The notes below the pieces were generated by a model that saw only the letters and a program-made list of their open reading frames with translations, searched no databases and was not told the origin of the DNA. The translations under genes and the position numbers were made by a program. From Nitrospirota bacterium (lineage in GTDB: Bacteria; Nitrospirota; Thermodesulfovibrionia; Thermodesulfovibrionales; Dissulfurispiraceae), in contig CAVPZX010000004.1 in the NCBI GenBank assembly GCA_963710375.1, forward strand, positions 32,001 to 96,000: a DNA stretch of 64,000 nucleotides, in the 5' to 3' direction. Of this stretch, positions 21,408 through 29,757 are shown piece by piece; position 1 is the stretch's first letter, and each line of letters starts with the position of its first letter.

Positions 21408-23753
21408 CTAAAATAATTTGCTGATGCCGCCAAAGAACCCAATCCGCGGCCCGAACTGGGGTGCAAATACACCGATTCCGGTCCCGCTCCTGATTTCATT
21501 GACCTTGTCCAAAACGTTGATGATGCTCAGACGCGCCTCCATAGGGCCCAGGCACCCCAATGTAAACTTACGCATCGCCCCGAGATTGACCTGGAAGTTG
21601 CTTGGCACGTGCTCCGTATTGGCGAATCCGCTCCGCAAGCCGCTTCCGAAAGTGGCATCAGTGCTGAGCAGCGTTCCCAACCAGAGATAGGATATGCCTG
21701 CTGAAGCGGTATAGGTCTGGTCATGATCCGTATGTATCCAGTGGTTGGCTATGTAGTCCAGCTCATCCTGCCCAAAGTTAAACTGTGCCGACGCGACCTC
21801 TTTGGCCAGACTGCGCGTATAGGCAAAATTGGCATATGAGGTAAAATTGCCGAAGCGGTAGTTGCCGGTCAGTTCCACACCATAAATTTTCCCTTTTGTA
21901 TAATTAAAAGGGGTAAAGATCAGGGCCTGACCGAATTGGCCTTCGTCGATCAGATCTTTGATTATCTTGTAGTAGCCATCGACGCCGATGTTCAGCCCGG
22001 AAGTGATCTTCTGGGTCACCCCGGCATCGAAATAATGGGACCGTTCCGGCAAAACGGGTGAATTTAAATTGGTCGGGGACGCATTGGAGGTGTTCGAGAA
22101 CAGGTCCAATGTTTTTTGCGGGACCAACTCGGTTGGAGGCGGTGTGAAGTATCGGGAATAGGCGGCGTGGAGCGTGGTATCCGGTGTCGCCTTGTAAACC
22201 AGGCCCAGACGGGGACTCAGCTGGTCGGCCGTCACAAAAGCGTCCACCCGGTCATACCGGAGCCCATAGTTCACCGTCAATTTATCAAGCGGCTTCCACT
22301 CGTCCTGGAGATATAATGACAAGAGGGTGTTGCCGTTCTTTGGGTTGTCGTCCGTGATTGTGAAAGGCGCACCGAAAACGTCTCCGCTGGCGTCCACAGG
22401 GAAAACCGTGGAGGTGTTGTTGCTTTTGATATCTTCGTAGTTAAAGAAGTAGCCCATTCGGACCGTGTGAGCGTCGTTTAGTCGGTAACTTCCGTCACCC
22501 TGTAATCCGTTGCTGAAACTGCTGCGGAAAACATTTGATGCGACCCCGTTGAAAACAAGGTCGCCGATGGGGTCAGGCGTAAAATGTACGCTCGTGTAAT
22601 GGCTGACAAAGGATAATTGGTAATCGAAGTCAGACCCGATGGAGCTTTGCAAGGCTACGACCCCATATCGATTGTTCTCGTACTGCCGCTCATTCAGTGT
22701 GGCTGAGTCGAAGGAGGTAACACCCGCACCGGCCGGGAAGGTTGGATTGAGGGGCGGTTGACCCGGATTATTGGGGATTTGAAACTTGCCATCGTAGCTG
22801 CCTAACATCAGGCTTAACCGGGTCGTGGGATTAATAAGGTATGAAAAATACCCAAAGCCCTTTTCCTGGTCCGTGTGGTCATGGATCGCATTGGAACTGG
22901 AAGTGGGATTTTCGATACCCAGATTGTCCCCCATATAGGAACCGGTCAGATAGTAGGTAAAATTCCCCTTCGAACTTCCGAACTCGAAGCTCGGCTGCAC
23001 GGTGCTGCGGCTTCCCCCGTAGAGATCTACGCGTCCTCCTGTCTCATAGTTGGCCTTGGTATCTATTTCGATCACTCCTGCTGTACGAAGGCCGTATTGG
23101 GCCGGCAGGGCGCCCTCCAGAAGGTTGACCCTATCGACAAACCGGGTGTCCAGAGATTGGCCGAATCCGCTTATCCCTTCGGGCAGGATAACACCGTTAA
23201 TGCGGTACTGAATGTTAGCGTGGTCACCCCGCACATGCAGCTGGCCGAACGAGTCATTGGCAACGCCGGGCGCCTGGAGCAATACCTGGTTAAAGGACGT
23301 GTTGTCCCCCTGAGGTAAGGCGGCAATTGCATTCTTGTCGAGTGTGTATTCGCTGCCTCCTGTCTTTGGTGACAGGCCGTTTCGGGCCTGGTTCAAGCGC
23401 TCTGCCTGGACTGACACCTCCAACGCTTCCTGGGCGGCCATTGTAAGCGTAGTAGCGGCTATTGTTCCGGCCTCTACCGTCACGATGGCGGTGCTTGCCT
23501 GGAAGCCGGGTTTTTCCGCCAGAACAGCATAGGTGCCCGGCTTTACACTCGAAAACACGAAGTGGCCGTCGGCATCACTCTTGGTCTGACCCATGATGGT
23601 TTCATCGGGAGCTTTCAATATCAGACTTGCCCCGGACAGGGGCCTTCCCAGAGCGTCCCTGAGAGTCCCCTGGAGTTCGTCTGTTTGAGCAAACGCACCT
23701 GCTGAAAAAGATAGTAATATAAATAGCGTGATAAGCGTTGTCATTATTTTCAT
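21408..23753 (-). CDS. TonB-dependent outer-membrane receptor with N-terminal carboxypeptidase-regulatory-like domain
   Basis: Signal peptide, plug region (LHVRGDHANIQYRINGV, PAQYG), C-terminal Phe; heads the exbB-exbD-tonB operon. Confidence 0.9.
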   Translation of the reverse strand: MKIMTTLITLFILLSFSAGAFAQTDELQGTLRDALGRPLSGASLILKAPDETIMGQTKSDADGHFVFSSVKPGTYAVLAEKPGFQASTAIVTVEAGTIAATTLTMAAQEALEVSVQAERLNQARNGLSPKTGGSEYTLDKNAIAALPQGDNTSFNQVLLQAPGVANDSFGQLHVRGDHANIQYRINGVILPEGISGFGQSLDTRFVDRVNLLEGALPAQYGLRTAGVIEIDTKANYETGGRVDLYGGSRSTVQPSFEFGSSKGNFTYYLTGSYMGDNLGIENPTSSSNAIHDHTDQEKGFGYFSYLINPTTRLSLMLGSYDGKFQIPNNPGQPPLNPTFPAGAGVTSFDSATLNERQYENNRYGVVALQSSIGSDFDYQLSFVSHYTSVHFTPDPIGDLVFNGVASNVFRSSFSNGLQGDGSYRLNDAHTVRMGYFFNYEDIKSNNTSTVFPVDASGDVFGAPFTITDDNPKNGNTLLSLYLQDEWKPLDKLTVNYGLRYDRVDAFVTADQLSPRLGLVYKATPDTTLHAAYSRYFTPPPTELVPQKTLDLFSNTSNASPTNLNSPVLPERSHYFDAGVTQKITSGLNIGVDGYYKIIKDLIDEGQFGQALIFTPFNYTKGKIYGVELTGNYRFGNFTSYANFAYTRSLAKEVASAQFNFGQDELDYIANHWIHTDHDQTYTASAGISYLWLGTLLSTDATFGSGLRSGFANTEHVPSNFQVNLGAMRKFTLGCLGPMEARLSIINVLDKVNEIRSGTGIGVFAPQFGPRIGFFGGISKLF

Positions 23754-23785
23754 GCACTTCTCCTGTTGCGAAAATTTTTTCCATT

Positions 23786-23870
23786 AGAATCAGAGAAGGG
23801 GAGAAAGGGCGAATCGGAGCAACAGACTTTTCTCCGTTTCCCAGATTCACCGGTTCACCCTTTCGATTCT
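23786..23870. repeat. Imperfect purine/pyrimidine palindrome related to 43516-43580
   Basis: ggagaaagggcgaatcgg...agacttttctccg...ttcaccc pattern shared with ggagaaaggg...agacttgtctccgattcaccc. Confidence 0.45.
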
Positions 23871-23906
23871 TGCCTTATATCCCTCTGTGGTTAAGCATAT
23901 AGGGGT

Positions 23907-24182
23907 TCAGGCAGGAGGAGCGCGGCTGTCAAGCGCGGATCGGCGTATCGACGCTAATAAGAATTTCTTTTCAGATACGACCACGCCAAAAAAGATATAA
24001 AATACGGCGAAAGGAAAGTAATAGTGAATTACTGAACATACCTGATGTGCGGCTACGCAGATAGGACAATCGTCATGGTCGCAATCATCATCGTGATGAT
24101 GAAAGGCTATTATAAAAATACCGACCACCAGGAGAAACAACGCCAAACAAATAAAACTTTTAGTGCTTCTTTTGTTCAGCAT
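23907..24182 (-). CDS. DUF2946/CruR-like leader peptide (TM segment, His-rich CxxC, C-terminal RAPP)
   Basis: HHHDDDCDHDDCPIC and terminal SRAPPA; lies directly upstream of the TonB-dependent receptor. Confidence 0.75.
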   Translation of the reverse strand: MLNKRSTKSFICLALFLLVVGIFIIAFHHHDDDCDHDDCPICVAAHQVCSVIHYYFPFAVFYIFFGVVVSEKKFLLASIRRSALDSRAPPA

Positions 24183-24248
24183 CTATTTTCCTTAGAGACT
24201 ATTTTCATCATAAATTATTTAAGATTTACAAAATAAACGGAATAATGC

Positions 24249-24294
24249 AAATAGAAATCACTTCTATTTTAAATTATGCTTCTGCATTTGTAAA
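24249..24294 (-). promoter_or_regulatory. Sigma70 promoter overlapped by a 10-1-10 Fur-family-like operator
   Basis: Minus strand TTTACA-N17-TAAAAT (24294-24266); palindrome AAATAGAAAT-C-ACTTCTATTT (24249-24269, 1 mismatch). Confidence 0.6.
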
Positions 24295-24325
24295 GAGACC
24301 CCTGCCGATCCAATATAAATTAATA

Positions 24326-24501
24326 GCAGTAGAAGGGGAGTACTTGTTTTTCGACGCGATGCACGGGTCTACTGTAACGGGGGCGAGTAACGCCGAGCCC
24401 TACCTGAGAATGGATTCGGGTATCGCTGCTATAGGAAGATTGGGAATTGCTGACTGAGGTAGTTTCAGCGCGTCGAAAAACAAGTACTCCCCTTCTACTG
24501 C
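24326..24501. repeat. Palindromic element with perfect 33-bp terminal inverted repeats and internal REP-like motif
   Basis: GCAGTAGAAGGGGAGTACTTGTTTTTCGACGCG (24326-24358) is the reverse complement of 24469-24501; internal 20-mer is identical to one in the 41023-41193 element. Confidence 0.85.
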
Positions 24502-24520
24502 CTTCCTTATTTTTTCCCCC

Positions 24521-24550
24521 TTGACAGTGAACGATTGTTCACTCTATAAT
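24521..24550 (+). promoter_or_regulatory. Consensus sigma70 promoter with SOS-box-like palindrome in the spacer
   Basis: TTGACA-N18-TATAAT with AGTGAAC-GATT-GTTCACT (GAAC-N4-GTTC) between the boxes. Confidence 0.8.
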
Positions 24551-24556
24551 TTCCTC

Positions 24557-25150
24557 ATGCCATCTATCTCTCAGAATGAAACCTTGAAGGCGAGAATCGC
24601 GGAAATTGCCCGTTTTCACCATGACAAGGGACGGATGCCCAGTTTTTCGGAATTGGGGAAACTGACAGGACTCAGATCGAAGAATGCCGTACATAAGCTT
24701 GTTACCAAGCTGGAGACAATAAAGGTCCTTTCCAGGGATGACAAGGGCCGTCTAATTCCCCGATCCCTTGCCTCTCCGGTGAAGGTCCTGGGCACGGTCG
24801 AGGCCGGGTTCCCAAGCCCTGCGGAAGAGGAGTTGCTGGATACCCTCTCTCTGGACCAGTACCTCATTGATAACCCCAATGCGACCTTTCTGCTGAAAAT
24901 ATCGGGTGATTCCATGTCGGAAGCCGGAATCCTGCCTGGAGACATGGTGCTGGTGGACCGGAGCCGTACGGCCCAAAGCGGGGATATCATCATAGCCGAA
25001 GTGGACGGCGCCTGGACTATGAAATACTTAAAGAAAAGGGGCCAGACCATTGCCCTGGTTCCCGCCAATTCCCGTTATAAGCCCATTGTTCCTAAGAACG
25101 AACTCAAGATAGCCGGAGTGGTGGTCGCCGTCGTCAGAAAATACCGGTAG
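24557..25150 (+). CDS. LexA/UmuD-like S24 peptidase with N-terminal HTH
   Basis: RMPSFSELGKLTGLRSKNAV HTH; Ala-Gly cleavage site VEAGFP; catalytic GDSM and TMKY. Confidence 0.85.
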   Translation: MPSISQNETLKARIAEIARFHHDKGRMPSFSELGKLTGLRSKNAVHKLVTKLETIKVLSRDDKGRLIPRSLASPVKVLGTVEAGFPSPAEEELLDTLSLDQYLIDNPNATFLLKISGDSMSEAGILPGDMVLVDRSRTAQSGDIIIAEVDGAWTMKYLKKRGQTIALVPANSRYKPIVPKNELKIAGVVVAVVRKYR

Positions 25151-25152
25151 CC

Positions 25153-26466
25153 ATGGACTCTCAGCCCATTACCATCAGCTCCTGGCCCCGTGCCATCTTG
25201 CATATCGATGCTGATGCCTTTTTCGCATCATGCGAGCAGGCGGTCCACCCGGAACTGAGGGGGAAGCCCGTAATCACCGGCAAGGAGCGGGGGATTGTTG
25301 CTGCGGCGAGTTACGAGGCGAAGGCCCGTGGGGTGCAGAGGGGAATGAGGCTTTTTGAGGTAAAGAAGGTCTGCCCTGATGCGGTCATCCTTCCTTCAGA
25401 TTATGAGACGTACAGCCTGTTTTCCGTCCGGATGTTCGGCATCCTCCGCAGATTCTCACCTGACGTGGAGGAGTATTCAATCGATGAGGCCTTTGTGGAC
25501 CTTACCGGACTGCGCAGATCCTTCCACGGCCCCTACGGGATGATTGCTCAACAGATACAGGAGACCATGGGGAAGGAACTGGGATTTACCGTATCCATAG
25601 GAGTGAGTCTTTCAAAGGTTTTGGCGAAGATTGCATCCAAGTGGAAGAAACCGCACGGACTCACCCTGATCCCTGGCAGGGACATCCACCTTTATCTGCA
25701 GAAACTTCCCATCGAGAAAGTCTGGGGTATTGGCCCCAATACTTCGGCCTACCTGAGGAAGTTCGGGATTAATACTGCGCTGGATTACGCCTGTAAAGGC
25801 GAGGAGTTTATAAAAGAAAGGCTCTCCAAACCTTATCGGGAAATATGGCAGGAGTTGAACGGCCACAGTGTTTACCCTGTTGTAACCGAAACCAAGAGCA
25901 GCTATCAGTCAATCAGCAAGGCAAAAACTTTCACCCCTCCTTCACAGGACGAGGCGTTTGTCTTTGCACAGCTTTCGAAGAACCTTGAGGCTGCATGTAT
26001 CAAGGCTAGACGTTATAAGCTTGCGGCCGGTCGGTTAATCCTATTTCTCCGCACACAGGACTTCAGGAGTGAAGGTGTAGAGTTGAGTCTGGATCGTCCA
26101 AGTGCCTTCCCTTCGGACTTGTTTGGTCCCCTCAAGGAAGGATTCAAAACAATATTCCACAATAGGACTCTTTATCGTCAAACAGGGGTGGTGCTTGCGG
26201 GACTAAAGCCGGAAGGGGATGTCCAGTTTACTCTTTTTGATGATACCGCCCGGATAGAGAAAATGGCACGGATTTATTCGGCAGTTGACGACCTCTCAGC
26301 CAAGTACGGTAAATATGCTATACACCACGGGGCCAGCTTGCCTACGAAACTGCAGGCGAGGCATGAGGGGGAAAGGGGAGATACGCCGGAGAGGACGAAG
26401 GAGTTATTTAAAGGGGAAAACGGAAGGCAGAGGCTGGGATTGCCGGTATTAAGGATGAAGGTGTAA
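25153..26466 (+). CDS. Y-family DNA polymerase (DinB/UmuC-like)
   Basis: HIDADAFFASCE, AASYEAK, YSIDEAFVD, LAKIAS, VWGIG. Confidence 0.92.
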   Translation: MDSQPITISSWPRAILHIDADAFFASCEQAVHPELRGKPVITGKERGIVAAASYEAKARGVQRGMRLFEVKKVCPDAVILPSDYETYSLFSVRMFGILRRFSPDVEEYSIDEAFVDLTGLRRSFHGPYGMIAQQIQETMGKELGFTVSIGVSLSKVLAKIASKWKKPHGLTLIPGRDIHLYLQKLPIEKVWGIGPNTSAYLRKFGINTALDYACKGEEFIKERLSKPYREIWQELNGHSVYPVVTETKSSYQSISKAKTFTPPSQDEAFVFAQLSKNLEAACIKARRYKLAAGRLILFLRTQDFRSEGVELSLDRPSAFPSDLFGPLKEGFKTIFHNRTLYRQTGVVLAGLKPEGDVQFTLFDDTARIEKMARIYSAVDDLSAKYGKYAIHHGASLPTKLQARHEGERGDTPERTKELFKGENGRQRLGLPVLRMKV

Positions 26467-26480
26467 GGGGTCGAATATCC

Positions 26481-26924
26481 TTACCTTTCAAAAAAGCCCA
26501 GTATTTTAGACTTTTCAGTCTTTGTCAGGTCGGCCTTGATATTTTTATCGAGTTTGGCCTTAATGGAAGGTTCCAGAGTTTCGACGATCTGGTTGTTTAT
26601 CCTCTCCCCTGCGGCCAAATTCCATTTGGAGCAGCCTTCATTCAAGACCAGTGTGTTGATGTCATTAGCAATTCGTTTTATCACCTTCTTTTCGATCTCG
26701 AGCTCCAGGTGGTGGGGTTCTCCTGAGCCGGTCGCTATCCCAGCCTTTCCTTCACCCCTGTCAAAGCATCCTTCGGCATCGGTAAATTTGTCGGTGAATT
26801 TGCCGTGGGTATCAAGAATGTCGTAACACTCCAACAAATCCAGCCTGGCACTCTCATTCGGATTTTTTGAGACCTTGTATGCCTTGAAATGGCCTAAATC
26901 AACTACTACTATTAGCTTGTCCAT
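26481..26924 (-). CDS. Host-attachment/baeRF-like family protein
   Basis: LIVVVDLGHFKAY N-terminus and ADLTK C-terminus; GAGGAGG RBS. Confidence 0.55.
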   Translation of the reverse strand: MDKLIVVVDLGHFKAYKVSKNPNESARLDLLECYDILDTHGKFTDKFTDAEGCFDRGEGKAGIATGSGEPHHLELEIEKKVIKRIANDINTLVLNEGCSKWNLAAGERINNQIVETLEPSIKAKLDKNIKADLTKTEKSKILGFFER

Positions 26925-27123
26925 AAAATCCCTCCTCAATAATATTTCTGGCAGGTCTCTCCTTGGGGCTCCCCATAAAATTATACCATTAAATTACCCA
27001 CTATCCACTACTGGTCGCATTTGCGGATGGACCGCAATAATGGTATAGTGGTAATATTGCTCGTCATTGGCGAATAACACTATTGCTGATAGCGGTCTCA
27101 CGCTGAAAATAGGGGGGATTATT

Positions 27124-27465
27124 ATGGTCAAGACAGTATTGCTGGCAGCGACTATTCTGGCTTTTGCGGTAACTGCCGCGCTTGCAGCGGGAAGTGAGTC
27201 ACAAGGGAAGGCTTTGTTTAATGACCCAAAGTTTGCAGGCGCAACATCCGGCGACAGCTGCGATTCATGCCATCCGGGAGGAGCAGGTTTGGGGCAGGCC
27301 GGCGACAAGAAAGAGTTTCATATTGCGGGCAAGGTTCAGAAAAGCCTTGAGGAGGCGGTAAATGCCTGCATCGTATATGCTCTTAACGGTAAAGCTATCG
27401 ACCCTGAATCAGAGGCCATGCAGGATATCGTAGCCTATATAAAATCGCTCAAGAGCAAAACTTAA
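27124..27465 (+). CDS. Periplasmic monoheme cytochrome c
   Basis: Signal peptide, GKALFND, heme motif CDSCH. Confidence 0.85.
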   Translation: MVKTVLLAATILAFAVTAALAAGSESQGKALFNDPKFAGATSGDSCDSCHPGGAGLGQAGDKKEFHIAGKVQKSLEEAVNACIVYALNGKAIDPESEAMQDIVAYIKSLKSKT

Positions 27466-27471
27466 CTGCAA

Positions 27472-27555
27472 AGGTAAAGGTATAGGCACAGGTATAGAAA
27501 ATGCTCGATTAAGCCTTTCTTAGTTTTTGCCGTTGCTTTATCTTTACCTTTACCT
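27472..27555. repeat. Inverted arrays of 6-nt repeats (AGGTAA-type / TTACCT-type) between convergent genes
   Basis: aggtaa-aggtat-aggcac-aggtat ... ttgccg-ttgctt-ttatct-ttacct-ttacct. Confidence 0.55.
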
Positions 27556-28686
27556 GCTGTTACTTGCCGCTAACGACTTTTCGAGCCAGCGTACAGGGAA
27601 TACTACCTTGAATGTAGTGCCTTTTTCAGCACTGCTCTGCACTGTTATCTCTCCAAGGTGTTCCGAGATTATCTGTCTTACCAGGGCGAGCCCCATGCCG
27701 AACCTCCGTTCCCTGGTGCTGAAAAAAGGACTAAAGATTTTATCAAGGTATTCAGATGGAATCCCATGTCCCGTATCAGTGACAGTTAGTGTCACATGAT
27801 CGATGTCCCCTTTAGTAGTGACCTCGACGCTGCCGCCTTCAGCAGTTGCCTCAATAGCGTTTCTTATTAATTGGGAAATCGCTATGCCCAGCAGGTTTCT
27901 CTGTGCATTTATCTTCAAGGGCTGTTCACAAAGGGATGAAACCAGCACCACACCTTTGCCTTCAGCCTCCCTTTGGGCAACTGAAATGCCGGCTTTTACA
28001 ATAACATTAAGGTCCTCATAAGTGAAATGGGATTGCCTGCTTTTGAAAATATTCTGGAATTCACTAACTATTTTCTCAAGCTTTTCCGTTTCCTCAAAAA
28101 TATTGTCAATACACGAGTGGACGGATGATGACAGCGTTTCTTTTTCAAGCATTCTCCTGCACATCTGTCCTATAGTCGTTGCCGGGTTCCTCACCCTGTC
28201 TGCAACGGTCAACGCCATCAGACTCATGGTCCTTTCGGATACCATAGTCTCCAGTTCGCGGTTAAATTCCTCCAGCAGGTTTTTGTAGTCCTTTTCCAGA
28301 TGCAACAGTCTGTTGTACTTCATCGCCTTCTCAATCGAGTAAAGGAGCTGATCTACCTGGTAAGGCTTGATAATGAAATCAAAGGCCCTTTTCTTGATGG
28401 CATCAATTGTTGTGGCTATGTCCGCAAATGCTGTCATCAGGATCACCGGCGTATCAGGGCTCAGAGATATGATATTATCGAGCAGATCAATTCCGGACAC
28501 CACAGGCATCTTAATATCGGTAAGCACCACATCAACATTGTTCTCCTTGAATTTCTCTATAGCTTCCGTAGCACTACTACAGGCGACAATGCGGTAGCCG
28601 TATTGCGCCAGCAGCAGTGATACAGAATCCAGCACCAAAGGTTCATCATCGGCTATAAGTATTGTGCCATGGCCATGCGCATCCAT
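27550..28686 (-). CDS. Receiver domain plus histidine-kinase-like protein with atypical H-box
   Basis: ILIADDE, LTDIKMP, KPY; HATPase NAIEA, DTGHGI, GMGL; H-box reads VADRVRNP. Confidence 0.85.
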   Translation of the reverse strand: MDAHGHGTILIADDEPLVLDSVSLLLAQYGYRIVACSSATEAIEKFKENNVDVVLTDIKMPVVSGIDLLDNIISLSPDTPVILMTAFADIATTIDAIKKRAFDFIIKPYQVDQLLYSIEKAMKYNRLLHLEKDYKNLLEEFNRELETMVSERTMSLMALTVADRVRNPATTIGQMCRRMLEKETLSSSVHSCIDNIFEETEKLEKIVSEFQNIFKSRQSHFTYEDLNVIVKAGISVAQREAEGKGVVLVSSLCEQPLKINAQRNLLGIAISQLIRNAIEATAEGGSVEVTTKGDIDHVTLTVTDTGHGIPSEYLDKIFSPFFSTRERRFGMGLALVRQIISEHLGEITVQSSAEKGTTFKVVFPVRWLEKSLAASNSR

Positions 28687-28710
28687 TATTGTAAAGCCTC
28701 CGTAAAAATT

Positions 28711-29757
28711 CTAACAGAAGTGCCGTATAAGTTCGTAATAGGTATCCCGCTGTGCAGCTTTGAATCCGGCACTCTGTATCCCCTGGATAATGTCTTCTTT
28801 CGATACTCTGTAGCTCACGCCGGCCGCCCTGACCACATTTTCTTCGATCATGGTTGAGCCAAAGTCATTGGCGCCGAATCTGAGCGCCACCTGCGCAAGT
28901 TTTAATCCCTGGGTAACCCATGATGCCTGGATATTATTAAAATTGTCGAGGTACATCCGTGAAAGGGCGAGAACCCTCAGATAATCGACAGCAGTCGCGG
29001 GTCCGATTGTCTTATTATTGCGGAGCAATTCTGTATTAGCGGGCTGGAAGGACCAGGGGATAAAAGCGGTGAATCCGCCTGTCTTGTCCTGGAGGTTTCT
29101 TATTACATCAAGATGTTCGATTATGTCTTCAGGCCCCTCGATGCTGCCGAACATCATCGTAGCCGTTGTCCTCATGCCTATTCTATGGGCCTCTTCCATG
29201 ACTTTCAGCCATTGGGAAGATTTGATCTTTTTAGGGCTCAATACTTCCCTTACCCTGTCGGAAAGCAGCTCTGCGCCGCCGCCGGGTATAGAATCGAGAC
29301 CAGCGAGCTTCAAGGTCATCAGGGTTTCTTTGATAGTGAGGTGGTGTTTTTCAGCGAGATAACTTATCTCCGGAGGCGAAAAACCGTGGACATTGATAGA
29401 GTATCGATCCTTTATAGACTTAAGAAGTTCTGTATAGTATTCCATATCCAGATCCGGATGCAGACCGCCCTGAAGCAGTATCTGTGTGCCGCCGAGGGCA
29501 ATCGTTTCATCTATCTTGCCGAATAACTCCTCTCGTGATAAAACATATGCTTCGGGACTGTCAACTTCACGGTAAAAAGCACAGAAGGTGCACTTATTGA
29601 TGCAGACGTTAGTGTAATTGATGTTTCTGTCTACAACGAACGTAACGGTGCCCTCAGGATGCAGTTCTTTCCTTATAGCATCCGCCATTTTCCCAAGTTC
29701 AAGCAGGTCTGAGGTCTTTAAAAGCTCCAGCGCGGCCGCTTTGTCGATCCTGTTCAT
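28711..29757 (-). CDS. mqnC: Cyclic dehypoxanthinyl futalosine synthase (radical SAM)
   Basis: DRNINYTNVCINKCTFCAF, QASWVTQG, GANDFGSTMIEENVV. Confidence 0.88.
   Translation of the reverse strand: MNRIDKAAALELLKTSDLLELGKMADAIRKELHPEGTVTFVVDRNINYTNVCINKCTFCAFYREVDSPEAYVLSREELFGKIDETIALGGTQILLQGGLHPDLDMEYYTELLKSIKDRYSINVHGFSPPEISYLAEKHHLTIKETLMTLKLAGLDSIPGGGAELLSDRVREVLSPKKIKSSQWLKVMEEAHRIGMRTTATMMFGSIEGPEDIIEHLDVIRNLQDKTGGFTAFIPWSFQPANTELLRNNKTIGPATAVDYLRVLALSRMYLDNFNNIQASWVTQGLKLAQVALRFGANDFGSTMIEENVVRAAGVSYRVSKEDIIQGIQSAGFKAAQRDTYYELIRHFC

Noticed and set aside
23754..23906. Possible cobalamin riboswitch upstream of the TonB-dependent receptor
   Set aside because: No B12-box or other conserved cobalamin riboswitch motifs seen; the leader-peptide model fits better
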